Assembly (NCBI GenBank): GCA_002340985.1 | Contig: DDNC01000018.1 | Location: 116,092 to 180,091 of the forward strand | From: Firmicutes bacterium UBA2530 | Lineage (GTDB): Bacteria > Bacillota > Clostridia > Tissierellales > Sedimentibacteraceae | DNA: 64,000 bases | Reading direction: 5' to 3' | Shown here: positions 41,846 through 52,198 of the stretch, in pieces | How positions within the stretch are numbered: position 1 is the first letter of the stretch | Layout: every line of letters starts with the position of its first letter | The notes under the pieces: model-generated | Told to the model about the DNA's origin: nothing | The model's database searches: none | The model's input: only the letters and a program-made list of their open reading frames with translations | Position numbers and translations under genes: made by a program

Positions 41846-43525
41846 ATGAAATGGTTCTATAATTTAAAAATCTCTGCAAAATTAATACTTGGTTTTATCA
41901 TTGTAGCTCTTATCGCCGGTATGATAGGGCTTGTTGGCATTATTAACATAAATAATATCAATCGTTTAGACACTGAATTGTATGAAAGACATGTCGTTCA
42001 GCTTTCAGAATTAATTCCTGTTGCTCAGGGGTACCAGTTTATGCGGGTTGGGTTAAGAGAGATTATTGCTTTGGATGATATTGCATCAAAAAATCAGAGT
42101 GCTGCGACAATCAATGAAAATTATAATGATGTAATAGAAAGTTTACAGCAATTCGGTAAATCGATTCAAGATCCAAGGATTAAAAATGCATATGACATCC
42201 TTACTGATGTAATCACAAATCGGTTTTCTGTCTATATGGAAGATGTGATTCAGCTTGCTATGACAAATAAAAAGGATCAGGCCCTTAACATGGTATCTGT
42301 GGAAGGGGCAGCTTTGAATAAAGAAGTTTCGAGCGCAATTGATGAATTGATAAGCTTAAAAATAGAATTGGCAAGCGCGGCATCGGATACAAATTCGGCT
42401 GCGGCAAAAACATCTATTTTGACGATGGTGGTCTTAATTATTGCAGGTGTAGTAATATCGATTGCACTTGGTATATTTATATCGAGGGTTATTTCTAATC
42501 CTGTTAAAAAGTTAGAGCGAGCAGCCGACAAACTGGCCTTGGGTGATGTAAATATTAATATTGAGGCAACTACTGCCAAGGATGAAATCGGTAAACTGAT
42601 GCATTCATTTAGCAATATGGTAGAAAACATCCGCAGTCAGGCTTTTACTGCAGAGAGAATTGCTGGAGGAGACTTGACGGTTGATGTCGAGATTAAATCA
42701 GAAGATGATCTGCTTGGCAAAAAACTTCACGAATTGGTAGAAAAGAACAATGAAGTTCTTACGAGTATTGCTCTTGCATCAGAACAGGTATCAGCAGGCT
42801 CTCAGCAGATGTCTGAGTCCAGCATCGCACTTTCTCAAGGTGCTACTGAACAGGCCGGTTCAATCGAAGAGCTCTCAGCTTCCATAGAGGAAATATCCTC
42901 TCAAACTAAACAAAATGCTGATAATGCAAGTCAAGCCAATAGACTGGCAGTATCGGCCAAAGCCAATGCGGAAGCAGGAAATCAGCAAATGAGAGAGATG
43001 CTCAAGGCAATGCAAGAAATCAACTATTCATCAACCAACATCTCTAAGATTATTAAGGTAATTGATGATATTGCATTCCAAACCAACATATTGGCTCTAA
43101 ATGCTGCTGTAGAAGCAGCAAGGGCAGGTCAGCACGGCAAGGGCTTTGCGGTTGTTGCAGAGGAGGTAAGAAATCTGGCTGCACGTTCAGCAGAGGCAGC
43201 TAAAGAAACTACAGATATGATTGAAAATTCTATCAAAAAGGTTGAAAGCGGAAGTGATATTGCGAATGAAACAGCTGGTGCACTCGCCAAGATTGTAGGA
43301 GATATTGGGCAGGTGGCTGATTTAGTAAGCAATATTGCTGCAGCTTCTAACGAACAGGCTTCAGGCATTGTACAGATAAACCAAGGTATAATGCAGGTAT
43401 CAGAGGTGGTTCAAACAAACTCTGCAACTTCAGAGGAAAGTGCGGCTGCAAGTGAAGAACTGGCAAGTCAGGCGGCTCTCTTAAAGATGCAGGTTGACAA
43501 ATTCAAATTAAAGATGGAAATGTAG
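41846..43525 (+). CDS. Methyl-accepting chemotaxis protein (four-helix sensor, HAMP, signalling domain)
   Basis: Two TM segments; [46 protein letters not shown]. Confidence 0.95.
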   Translation: MKWFYNLKISAKLILGFIIVALIAGMIGLVGIININNINRLDTELYERHVVQLSELIPVAQGYQFMRVGLREIIALDDIASKNQSAATINENYNDVIESLQQFGKSIQDPRIKNAYDILTDVITNRFSVYMEDVIQLAMTNKKDQALNMVSVEGAALNKEVSSAIDELISLKIELASAASDTNSAAAKTSILTMVVLIIAGVVISIALGIFISRVISNPVKKLERAADKLALGDVNINIEATTAKDEIGKLMHSFSNMVENIRSQAFTAERIAGGDLTVDVEIKSEDDLLGKKLHELVEKNNEVLTSIALASEQVSAGSQQMSESSIALSQGATEQAGSIEELSASIEEISSQTKQNADNASQANRLAVSAKANAEAGNQQMREMLKAMQEINYSSTNISKIIKVIDDIAFQTNILALNAAVEAARAGQHGKGFAVVAEEVRNLAARSAEAAKETTDMIENSIKKVESGSDIANETAGALAKIVGDIGQVADLVSNIAAASNEQASGIVQINQGIMQVSEVVQTNSATSEESAAASEELASQAALLKMQVDKFKLKMEM

Positions 43526-43635
43526 TAATTGTGCTATCCTTAAATGGGAATTCTCACACTAACTATTAAGTTTATGGATTATTAAGTTTAGGAGCATGGC
43601 AACAGCTCCTATTCTCATATAAAGGGAGAGCCTAA

Positions 43636-44480
43636 ATGAAATACCATCATTCAAAAGATATAGCGGTCAGGCGCATTCAGCAGGAACGGCTACTGGAAGC
43701 AATTTTGCTTGCGATTATTAAAAGCTGCCGCCGGCGAAATGATGTGCCGGGGCATGTGAGCAAAGATGAATTTATGCTGCTTATGCCTTGCACCGGCAAT
43801 AAAGAGGCTAATAGCCTGATAGTAGAAATTCAAAGAACAATAGAGAGATGCAACAGAACAGAAAAACCGTCTCGAGATGAAATAAGCTCATCTATTGGAA
43901 ACAATACAAAGGAATCAAATCATGCCATTGTATCTTCAGCGATGGCAACATTATATGCCAAAAGCCAGGAGACAGAAAAACATGGTCAAAGGTTAACATG
44001 GCTGACCAATATGATTGGAGAGCATCTTGGCTTAGAGCAAGAAGCTTTGGATGATCTTCGATTGTTATCTTTGCTGCATGATATAGGTAAAGTTGGAATA
44101 GATGATTGTATTCTAAATAAGCCTGGCAAACTTACAAATGAGGAATGGAAACAGATGAAGCATCATACCGAAATCGGATATCGAATAGCCATGTCAACGC
44201 CTCAGCTGAAGCACATTGCTGAATATATTTGCACCATCATGAGCGTTGGGACGGAACCGGGTATCCGAAAGGTTTAAAAGGCGGAGAAATTCCACTGTTG
44301 TCCAGAATTCTCGCGGTAGCAGACGCGTACGATGCTATGACAGAGGACAGGATATACAGGAGGGCTTTATCTTGGAAATCTTCCATTGAAGAAATTGAGA
44401 AATGCACAGGTACTCAGTTTGATCCGGATATTGCACGATTATTTTCAGAGCTTATACGTAAACAAAAAGAAAAGGTTTAA
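43636..44480 (+). pseudogene. Decayed GGDEF-remnant/HD-GYP phosphodiesterase (frameshift)
   Basis: Degenerate VSKDEF GGDEF remnant; HDIGK in ORF 43636-44277; [11 protein letters not shown] continues in another frame; one T missing at ~44228-44230. Confidence 0.82.
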
Positions 44481-44515
44481 CTTTAAAATATAAGACTTCA
44501 TTAAAGTTAAAAAAA

Positions 44516-44545
44516 CCGCCTTGCAGTTTTGCAAAGCGGCTTTTT
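44516..44545 (+). terminator. Intrinsic terminator at the right end of the islet
   Basis: CCGCCTTGCA/TGCAAAGCGG imperfect stem followed by a T-run. Confidence 0.6.
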
Positions 44546-44793
44546 AGTTGTCTATGCGTTGTCCGTATTCAGTATCTGCCAGGCAGCAGCGAACTGCATT
44601 AAACAGGAAGAGGAAAAAATGGCGCATCGGTGTAATTTTTTTGCATATAAAGCCGACAATATATTAAATGATATGCATTTTTATATAAAAGACAGAAAAT
44701 TTTATTACCTTTCAATCTGATGACATGGTATAATTATTTTATATGATTATGTTGATTAATAATAACGGTAAACTTAATGTGTGATGAGGTCAT

Positions 44794-45888
44794 ATGGTTA
44801 GTATTGAGTTAATACTTTTTATTTTGTTAATTGTATATGTTGCTATTTCTGTATATGAATACAGGTTGATTTGCAAAAATAAGAAATTACTTAGCTCATA
44901 TGAAAACATGAGAAAAAAGTTGTTTGAGACCAGTGAAAAAATATCAAAGACTACTGATGAGGAAGAAATTTACTCGATAGCTCTGGACACTATAACTGAG
45001 CTCATACCAAATGCTGCAAAGGGGAGCATTCTGCTGTTTGATGAAGAAAATGAAGTGTTTTATTTTAAGGTTGTAAAAGGATTCCGGGAAGAACTGACGG
45101 ATTTCATATTTAAAAAAGAGGAAGCGTATCTGCATAAAATAAATGGATTCAGTAAATCTGCAATAATCAAAAATCCTAAGGAATTTGATATGCGCAATGC
45201 AAACAAGTGCATTGTGGACGGTCTTGAAAGTGTAAATGCTCTTGACATAGGCTGCAGCATGTCTGCTCCCATATACGACGATGAGAGGCTCATAGGTCTT
45301 ATCAATGTTGATTCTGTCATTCCCGGTCATGTATTTACAGAGAGTGATTTAGCGCTTATGGACCAGATTAAATTTGAAATGGAACTGGCAATAAGAAATG
45401 CACTTGCTCAGAACAGGCTTAAATATCTGGCTGATTACGACGAGCTTACAGGTCTTATCAACAGAAGGCTCATAAAAAAAGAATTCGATTTGGAATTGGA
45501 GCGGCTTCAAATTGATAAAAATCCGTTTTGTCTTGCCATGATAGATATAGATGATTTTAAGGGAATAAATGATACCTACGGACATTATTACGGTGATATG
45601 GTTTTGAAGCATTTTGCTGCTGTTCTTAGGAGAGAGACAGGGATAGCGGATGTGGCGGCAAGGTTTGCGGGTGATGAGTTTATTATACTTTTTGGGGACC
45701 AGAATATTACTCTGGCCGAAGTGAAGATGGAGGGAATAGCAACAGCTGTTTTGGAGTCGGGAACTGATACACAAGTCAGATTCAGTTATGGAATATGTGA
45801 AATCAACGAAAATAATATGATAGGCTTTGACAAGGCTCTTGCTGTAGCAGACATGAGGATGTATGCAAGCAAGAGGGTAAAGGCATAA
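44794..45888 (+). CDS. Membrane-anchored GAF-GGDEF diguanylate cyclase (AGDEF variant)
   Basis: DELTGLINR, IDIDDFKGINDTYGH..GD, RFAGDEF, AD..MY..K. Confidence 0.85.
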   Translation: MVSIELILFILLIVYVAISVYEYRLICKNKKLLSSYENMRKKLFETSEKISKTTDEEEIYSIALDTITELIPNAAKGSILLFDEENEVFYFKVVKGFREELTDFIFKKEEAYLHKINGFSKSAIIKNPKEFDMRNANKCIVDGLESVNALDIGCSMSAPIYDDERLIGLINVDSVIPGHVFTESDLALMDQIKFEMELAIRNALAQNRLKYLADYDELTGLINRRLIKKEFDLELERLQIDKNPFCLAMIDIDDFKGINDTYGHYYGDMVLKHFAAVLRRETGIADVAARFAGDEFIILFGDQNITLAEVKMEGIATAVLESGTDTQVRFSYGICEINENNMIGFDKALAVADMRMYASKRVKA

Positions 45889-45907
45889 TAAATAATAAAA
45901 ATGGGAT

Positions 45908-47149
45908 ATGAATATGAATATAGTTATTCCGAGAGAAATTGCAACAGCATTGAATATTTTAAATTACAACGGGTTTGAGGCATATATTGTGGGAGGCTGT
46001 GTAAGAGACAGTCTGCTTGGGAATGCTCCAAAGGACTGGGATATTACAACGTCTGCCAGGACTGATGAAATAAGCATCTGCTTCAAAGAATACAGAACCA
46101 TAAATACGGGGCTTAAGCACGGCACTGTCACGGTCATAATCCAAGGGATGCAGATTGAAATAACAACATACAGAATTGATGGCAGCTATACGGACAACAG
46201 GCACCCTGATACTGTTTTTTTTACTGACAAAGTAGCCGATGACCTGCAAAGAAGAGATTTCACAATCAACGCAATGGCATATGGAAAGAATGGAATTGTT
46301 GATTTATTCGGAGGAATTTCAGATATTGAAAGCAGGATCATACGATGCGTGGGTGAACCGGATGAAAGATTCGGGGAAGATGGACTGAGAATTCTAAGGG
46401 CTCTTAGGTTCAGCTCAGTGCTTGGCTTTAAAATCGAAAAAAATACCGAAGAAAGCATCCGAAAAAACAAGCAGCTTTTGTGCAATATTTCTAAAGAGAG
46501 AATAGTGTCTGAATTCAATAAGCTTCTCATGGGCTTAGATTTCCACAATGTTATGATGGAATACAGGGAGCTTGTGGAAGTGTTTATTCCTGAAATAAGA
46601 ATCTTCAATGATAAAGAGTGGGAAACTATTCTGAATTCCATGAAGCATACAGACAGCCTTGTACTAAGGCTTGCGCTTTTGCTGAATGAAACAGGTAATG
46701 CGGAAAGAATACTGAAGACTCTGAAGTATGACGGCAAAACAATCAGTTCCGTTGGTCTGCTATCTTCATGTCGTGATGAGCAACTTATTCCCGACAAGAT
46801 AGCTATAAAGAAGTTGCTTAAAAAAATAGGATATGATAATTACACTGCTCTGATTAAATTTAAAGCAGCTGTATTTAAAGCGCGGGGCCATGTATTTTTT
46901 AATGAGCTTGACGTAGTGTATGAGGCTGAAAAGGCTGCAGAGGAAATAATTGCCGACAATGAATGCTACAGCCTTAAAATGCTGGATGTTAACGGTGAGG
47001 ATCTCATAGGTGCGGGTATTTCGAGAGGCATGATTCTGGGTGATGCATTGAATGAGCTTCTGGACCTTGTGATTGAAGGAAAGCTGGAAAACAAAAAGGA
47101 AGTATTGCTGGATTATATAAAAAATTTTAAATTAGCTGTTGACAAATAG
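45908..47149 (+). CDS. cca: CCA tRNA nucleotidyltransferase
   Basis: VGGCVRD..L...PKDWDI, DLQRRDFTINAMA, EDGLRILRALRF. Confidence 0.88.
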   Translation: MNMNIVIPREIATALNILNYNGFEAYIVGGCVRDSLLGNAPKDWDITTSARTDEISICFKEYRTINTGLKHGTVTVIIQGMQIEITTYRIDGSYTDNRHPDTVFFTDKVADDLQRRDFTINAMAYGKNGIVDLFGGISDIESRIIRCVGEPDERFGEDGLRILRALRFSSVLGFKIEKNTEESIRKNKQLLCNISKERIVSEFNKLLMGLDFHNVMMEYRELVEVFIPEIRIFNDKEWETILNSMKHTDSLVLRLALLLNETGNAERILKTLKYDGKTISSVGLLSSCRDEQLIPDKIAIKKLLKKIGYDNYTALIKFKAAVFKARGHVFFNELDVVYEAEKAAEEIIADNECYSLKMLDVNGEDLIGAGISRGMILGDALNELLDLVIEGKLENKKEVLLDYIKNFKLAVDK

Positions 47150-47189
47150 AAACTACGGTGATATTATTCCTAATAATACAAAAACAAAC

Positions 47190-47450
47190 TGTTGAAGCGA
47201 AGATTAAACCGATATGTGCACTTACAGAGAGCGGGGGTAGATGAGAGCCCGGCAGAACGCAGTACGGACAAATGGATCGCTGAGGGTGAGGTGAACGGGT
47301 TAACACTCAAGTATCTGAAACGTAGGCCTACGTTACAAGGCAGAAAATGTGATGGCATTTTCATCAAAGTGGATTGAATTTTCAGTCAATTAAGGTGGTA
47401 CCGCAGGAATTATACCTGTCCTTTTCGTAAGGACGGGTTTTTTGTTTTTG
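47190..47450 (+). promoter_or_regulatory. T-box riboswitch, Trp (UGG specifier)
   Basis: AATTAAGGTGGTACCGC at 47388-47404; terminator 47415-47449; TGG at 47273-47275 in the stem I specifier position; TTGACA-N17-TATTAT promoter at 47139-47167. Confidence 0.85.
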
Positions 47451-47473
47451 TAAATACAATTCGGGAGAATAGA

Positions 47474-48319
47474 ATGAAAAGAATTATTGCAGTTTTAACA
47501 TTATTATCAGTATTTTTAATGACGGTATCAGGATGTGCCGTAAAAACAAATGACAGCGGAGCTTCAGGAAGTGACAAGAAATTCAGGATAGGAATAGTGC
47601 AGGGGCAAAATCATCCGTCTCTGGACGAAATAAGAGAATATGTAGTCATAGGGCTGGAAGAAGCAGGAATGAAGGACAGTGTGGAAATACTGTATAAAGA
47701 TGCACAAAATGACCCAACAAATGTAACTACAATTGTAAACCAGTTTGTTGGAGAAAATGTTGATATGATTATTCCTATTGCCACAGGAGCGGCGCAGGCA
47801 GCACAGTCGGCAACCAGGGATATAGCCATAGTGTTTGCGGCGGTGAGCTATCCGGTGCAGGCAGGTCTGGTTGAGGATATGAACAAAACAGATGGGAATA
47901 TAACAGGTGTGTCCAATGCAATAGCAATTGAAGATATATTCAAGCTTTCGGCAGAGCTTACACCCGATGTTGAAACATACGGATTTATATATAATCCGGG
48001 AGAGGTGAACTCCGCTTCAGGTATTAAAAGAGCAAAGGACTACTGTGATGCAAATGGTCTGAAGTATATTGAAACGAATATTACAAATTCCGGTGAGCTT
48101 CAACAGACGGCACAGTCTCTGGCAAGTAAAGTTGATGCAATATTTGTGCCCAATGACAACACCGTGGCTGTTGCAATGCCTGTACTGGCACAGGAAGCAA
48201 TAAATGCAGGCATACCTGTATATACGGGAGCAGACTCAATGGTAAAGGACGGAGGCTTTGCAACGGTGGGTATTGAAATAGCCGGGGATAAGCTGAATGA
48301 GCTTCAAATAATAGAATAG
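47474..48319 (+). CDS. ABC substrate-binding lipoprotein (TrpX-like) with an internal deletion near the C-terminus; possible pseudogene
   Basis: Lipobox VSGC; HPSLD; paralog of the next gene but lacks about 45 aa after GGFATVGI. Confidence 0.75.
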   Translation: MKRIIAVLTLLSVFLMTVSGCAVKTNDSGASGSDKKFRIGIVQGQNHPSLDEIREYVVIGLEEAGMKDSVEILYKDAQNDPTNVTTIVNQFVGENVDMIIPIATGAAQAAQSATRDIAIVFAAVSYPVQAGLVEDMNKTDGNITGVSNAIAIEDIFKLSAELTPDVETYGFIYNPGEVNSASGIKRAKDYCDANGLKYIETNITNSGELQQTAQSLASKVDAIFVPNDNTVAVAMPVLAQEAINAGIPVYTGADSMVKDGGFATVGIEIAGDKLNELQIIE

Positions 48320-48380
48320 CAGAATAATGAAATAATAAAGTAAAAAAATAATATAATGATTACTTAATCTGGAGGTTGAA

Positions 48381-49397
48381 ATGAAAAAGATATTATCAAC
48401 AATTATTATTGCGGCAATAATGCTTGCGGTGACCGGATGTGCCGGAACAAAAGCGAATGAAGAACAGAAGCCTGTGGAAAATGTTCAACAGGAGCAAAAG
48501 ACTGATGAAAATAAGAAAATAAAGATAGGAATAATCCAGCCGATTGAGCACCCTTCTCTGAACCAGATAAGAGAGTGTATAATTGCAGGGCTTGAAGAGC
48601 AGGGACTCAAGGATGTGGTTGAAATAACCTACAAGGATGCACAGGGTGACCCATCCAATATAAATACGATTATTTCACAGTTTATAGGGGATAAGATGGA
48701 TATTATAGTGCCGATAGGAACGGGAACGGCACAGAGCGCTGGAGCTGCTACAAAGGATATACCTGTAATATTCGCGGCAGCAAGCTATCCGCTGGAAGCA
48801 GGACTGGTGAAGGACCTGAACAGGCCTGAGGCAAATTTGACAGGTGTGTCCGACGCAATAGACGTAAAGCAGATATTTGACCTGGCATTTGAGCTGACGC
48901 CTGAGGCAAAGACTTACGGATTTCTGTACAACAGCGGTGAGGTAAATTCGGTTGCCGCTATTGACAAGGCAAAGGAATATCTGAAGGAAAAAGGTGTTGC
49001 ATACACAGAAACAACAATAACAAATTCAGGCGAGCTTCTGCAGGCTGCTCAGTCACTGACAGGCAAGGCTGATGCCATATTCACGCCTACTGACAACACT
49101 GTTGCATCAGCAATGCCGGTGCTTTCATCTGAGGCCATGAAAGCAGGAATTCCCGTGTATACCGGAGCGGATTCAATGGTGAATGACGGCGGCTTCGCAA
49201 CAGTGGGTGTTGATTACACAGTGCTTGGGAGACAGGTGGCGGACATAGTGCGCAGAGTAATTGACGGAGTACAAATTTCCGAAATACCTGTGGAAACCCT
49301 GAAGGAATATGAAAAGATAGTGAATATATCTGTTGCTGAAAAGATTGGCGTTGAAATGTCCGAAGATTTATTAAAGGGATTCAAAGTGGTTAAATAA
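48381..49397 (+). CDS. ABC substrate-binding lipoprotein (putative tryptophan/aromatic amino acid, TrpX-like)
   Basis: Lipobox VTGC; EHPSL, N.TGVSD, YN.GEVNS, PTDNTV; Trp T-box upstream. Confidence 0.85.
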   Translation: MKKILSTIIIAAIMLAVTGCAGTKANEEQKPVENVQQEQKTDENKKIKIGIIQPIEHPSLNQIRECIIAGLEEQGLKDVVEITYKDAQGDPSNINTIISQFIGDKMDIIVPIGTGTAQSAGAATKDIPVIFAAASYPLEAGLVKDLNRPEANLTGVSDAIDVKQIFDLAFELTPEAKTYGFLYNSGEVNSVAAIDKAKEYLKEKGVAYTETTITNSGELLQAAQSLTGKADAIFTPTDNTVASAMPVLSSEAMKAGIPVYTGADSMVNDGGFATVGVDYTVLGRQVADIVRRVIDGVQISEIPVETLKEYEKIVNISVAEKIGVEMSEDLLKGFKVVK

Positions 49398-49415
49398 CAT
49401 AGGGGAGGCATAAAA

Positions 49416-50306
49416 TTGAGCTTGACATCATTTATAGGAGCAATTGAGCTGGGGCTTGTTTACTCGCTTCTGGCGTTTGGAACATATATATCATTCAGAA
49501 TATTGAATGTTGCCGATTTGACGGTGGACGGAAGCTTTGTTCTGGGAGCGGCTGTTTCGGCTGTGTTCACATTCTCCGGCAATCCGGTGCTGGGACTTAT
49601 AACGGCAATTGTGGCAGGAGCGCTGGCGGGGACTATAACCGCAGTGCTCCAGACCAAGATGGGCATACAACCCATACTGTCGGGAATTCTTACAATGACG
49701 GGACTGTATTCTGTGAATCTGGCGGTGATGGGAGGCAAGGCTAACATACCATTGCTGAACAAGTCCAGCATTTTCACATATGCAGAGCAGTTATTTGCGG
49801 GGAAGCCGTATAAAATAGCTGCCCTGATTATAATTATTTCAGCTGTCTTTGTGTTGCTGAACTGGTTTTTCAGGACTCAGCTGGGTCTATCCATAAGAGC
49901 AACAGGAGATAATGAGGCAATGTGCAGGGCATCCTCAATAGACACGGATTTTATTAAAATCATAGCATTTGCCATTTCAAATGCAATAGTGGCATTGTCC
50001 GGTGCACTGGTTGCACAGATGCAGCAGTCTGCGGATGTGAATATGGGAGCTGGAATGGTGGTAATAAGCTTTGCTTCCATTATAATAGGAAGCGCCATAA
50101 TAAAAAATAAAAATATAACTCTGGGGCTTGTTTCTGTAATAATAGGCTCATTAATTTACAGATTTATAATTGCACTTATACTGACAACCAATTTTCCGCC
50201 GTCCTATCTGAAGCTGATATCTTCCCTGGTGGTTATTGTGGCACTGTCCGTTCCCAATATTAAAAGTAGGATGGAAGTTGCCGGATTACGAAGGGGGAGA
50301 ATATGA
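49416..50306 (+). CDS. ABC transporter permease (TrpY-like)
   Basis: DLTVDGSF.LG, GL..RATGDN, G.GM.V. Confidence 0.85.
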   Translation: MSLTSFIGAIELGLVYSLLAFGTYISFRILNVADLTVDGSFVLGAAVSAVFTFSGNPVLGLITAIVAGALAGTITAVLQTKMGIQPILSGILTMTGLYSVNLAVMGGKANIPLLNKSSIFTYAEQLFAGKPYKIAALIIIISAVFVLLNWFFRTQLGLSIRATGDNEAMCRASSIDTDFIKIIAFAISNAIVALSGALVAQMQQSADVNMGAGMVVISFASIIIGSAIIKNKNITLGLVSVIIGSLIYRFIIALILTTNFPPSYLKLISSLVVIVALSVPNIKSRMEVAGLRRGRI

Positions 50307-51097
50307 TGCTGAAATTAGAAGCTGTAAACAAGATTTTCAATAAAAACACGCCTGATGAGCACAAGGCCCTGAACAATTTATGCCTGAATGTTTCCCAGGG
50401 AGAATTTGTGACGATAATAGGCGGAAACGGTGCGGGAAAATCCACCATGTTCAATGCAATATCCGGTTCGGCGTTGTGTGATAACGGTATTATTGAGCTG
50501 GACGGAATGGACATAACATATATGCCCGAATATAGAAGAGCATCATTTATAGGACGTATTTTCCAGGATCCAATGCGGGGTACTGCGCCGAATCTCACGG
50601 TGGGAGAGAATCTCATCATTGCATATATGAGAAGTACCGGGAGAAATATTATGCGCATGCCTTCAAAACAGGAAAAGAATCTCATCAGAGAGCGTCTGTC
50701 TGCTCTGAATCTCGGTCTTGAGGACAGAATAAACACAAAGATAGGACTGCTGTCAGGCGGGCAGAGGCAGGCGGTTACCCTTATAATGGCAACGCTTGTA
50801 AAGCCGAAGCTGCTGCTCCTTGATGAGCACACAGCAGCGCTGGATCCTCTGAGCGCCAAGTCTGTAATGGACCTCACCAACAGAATTATTTCGGAAAACA
50901 ACATTACAACTTTGATGATAACTCACAATATAACCTCCGCACTGGCATATGGTTCAAGAACAATAATGATGGATTCGGGAAATATCGCGGTGGATATTGA
51001 AGGCAATGAGAGAAAAGGTCTCTCTGTACAGGATATACTGAAGAAATTCAGCGCCGTAAAAAATAAAGTATTTGCTGACGATAACGCGTTATTGTAA
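50303..51097 (+). CDS. ABC transporter ATP-binding protein (TrpZ-like)
   Basis: GGNGAGKS, LSGGQRQA, LLLDEHTAALDP. Confidence 0.88.
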   Translation: MMLKLEAVNKIFNKNTPDEHKALNNLCLNVSQGEFVTIIGGNGAGKSTMFNAISGSALCDNGIIELDGMDITYMPEYRRASFIGRIFQDPMRGTAPNLTVGENLIIAYMRSTGRNIMRMPSKQEKNLIRERLSALNLGLEDRINTKIGLLSGGQRQAVTLIMATLVKPKLLLLDEHTAALDPLSAKSVMDLTNRIISENNITTLMITHNITSALAYGSRTIMMDSGNIAVDIEGNERKGLSVQDILKKFSAVKNKVFADDNALL

Positions 51098-51173
51098 CAA
51101 CGCATCATAATGCTACCATTTAAGCCATTCCTTATACTAATTTGTATTAAAAAGGAATGGCCTTATATTGCAT

Positions 51174-51200
51174 TAAAATATTTCCAGCCAATGCCGATAT
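51174..51200 (+). promoter_or_regulatory. sigma-D (FliA/sigma-28) promoter
   Basis: TAAA-N15-GCCGATAT, exact consensus, 30 nt before ORF 51231. Confidence 0.75.
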
Positions 51201-51230
51201 ATATTAAAAGCACATGAATGGAGAATTGTT

Positions 51231-51785
51231 ATGATTTCAGCTATAAGCAGACTGTACCAGATTAAGCCCGGCAGTACGGGCAGCAAGAATACAGCAGTAA
51301 GCTTTTCTGCGGCACGTTATATGACTGCGCTTGCGGCGGCGGAAAAAAGAGGTTCAGTATTTGCTGTGAAAAGAAGTCTGGCAAGGGAAGCTCAAAAAAT
51401 TAAAAATAGCGGAGGGGACAGTGCGCAGGCAAAGCGTGCCCTTCAAAAAATTAAATATGTAATGAAAAAAGCCGACGAAAAAATATCCCATTTGGGAAAT
51501 GAAGAAAGAAAAAAGGCTGAATTAAAGCGTGCAGAGGATACAGGAAAAAAGGAAGAGGCCAAGAGACTCAAGAAGAATGCCCGCGTACAGAAATATTTCA
51601 GAAAGTCAAATGAGCATGGAAATATTGTGAGAACTGCTCTTGAAGAGAAGGAAGAAATGAAAAGCTCCGGCATTCAGGAATACGGAGCCGAAGCAGTTGC
51701 ACCTGCTGTTGCAGGTATTCCGTCAGGTGCCGAAATACCTGCCGCCGGAGCGGCAACAGGAGCATCAATAGATATTATGGCTTAG
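51231..51785 (+). CDS. Hypothetical basic coiled-coil protein, probably in the flagellar regulon
   Basis: 184 aa, Lys/Ala-rich; C-terminal GASIDIMA tail; sigma-D promoter. Confidence 0.6.
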   Translation: MISAISRLYQIKPGSTGSKNTAVSFSAARYMTALAAAEKRGSVFAVKRSLAREAQKIKNSGGDSAQAKRALQKIKYVMKKADEKISHLGNEERKKAELKRAEDTGKKEEAKRLKKNARVQKYFRKSNEHGNIVRTALEEKEEMKSSGIQEYGAEAVAPAVAGIPSGAEIPAAGAATGASIDIMA

Positions 51786-51791
51786 CTTGGT

Positions 51792-52013
51792 TCAATCTGT
51801 ATATACGAAGGTTTCCTCTGCGCCGCATTCAGGGCAGTTTACGGTAACCTCGTAGCTGTACATTGAAAGAACCTTTACGTCGGTACATTGGCTTGCGTTT
51901 TCATCCTTGCCCTTGTACCTTACTTTTTTTTCGGCTTCAGAGCCTTTTGAATAATAGTAATTATATCTTTTTCCGCAGCTTTCGCATTTGCGTCTGCCTT
52001 TGACTGATATCAT
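51792..52013 (-). CDS. Small zinc-ribbon hypothetical protein
   Basis: CESC...CPEC pairs; AGGA RBS. Confidence 0.6.
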   Translation of the reverse strand: MISVKGRRKCESCGKRYNYYYSKGSEAEKKVRYKGKDENASQCTDVKVLSMYSYEVTVNCPECGAEETFVYTD

Positions 52014-52198
52014 TGTTTCACATCCTAATAATATTTTATCGACTTATACTGCTCTATTTTAAAAACATGGGCAAATAATTGCCCATAACAGTTTAGTATA
52101 ATTATATACTGAGCCCGTATTCATTTCAACAATAAAATGCACTTCCCATCCTGCATAAATTTATATCGGAATAGAAGTGCATTTATTATTTCCCATAA

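Noticed and set aside
44460..44790. attR duplication of the tRNA-Ser 3' end
   Set aside because: No copy of GTTCGAATCCCTCATTCTCCG or a clear part of it was found at the islet's right side.
45908..47149. Split CC-adding or A-adding enzyme
   Set aside because: The flexible loop (YRIDGSYTDNRHP) and EDxxR template motif are present, consistent with an ordinary CCA-adding enzyme.
47170..47377. Short ORFs 47170-47367 (-) and 47192-47377 (+)
   Set aside because: They overlap the Trp T-box leader and have no RBS or recognisable protein features.
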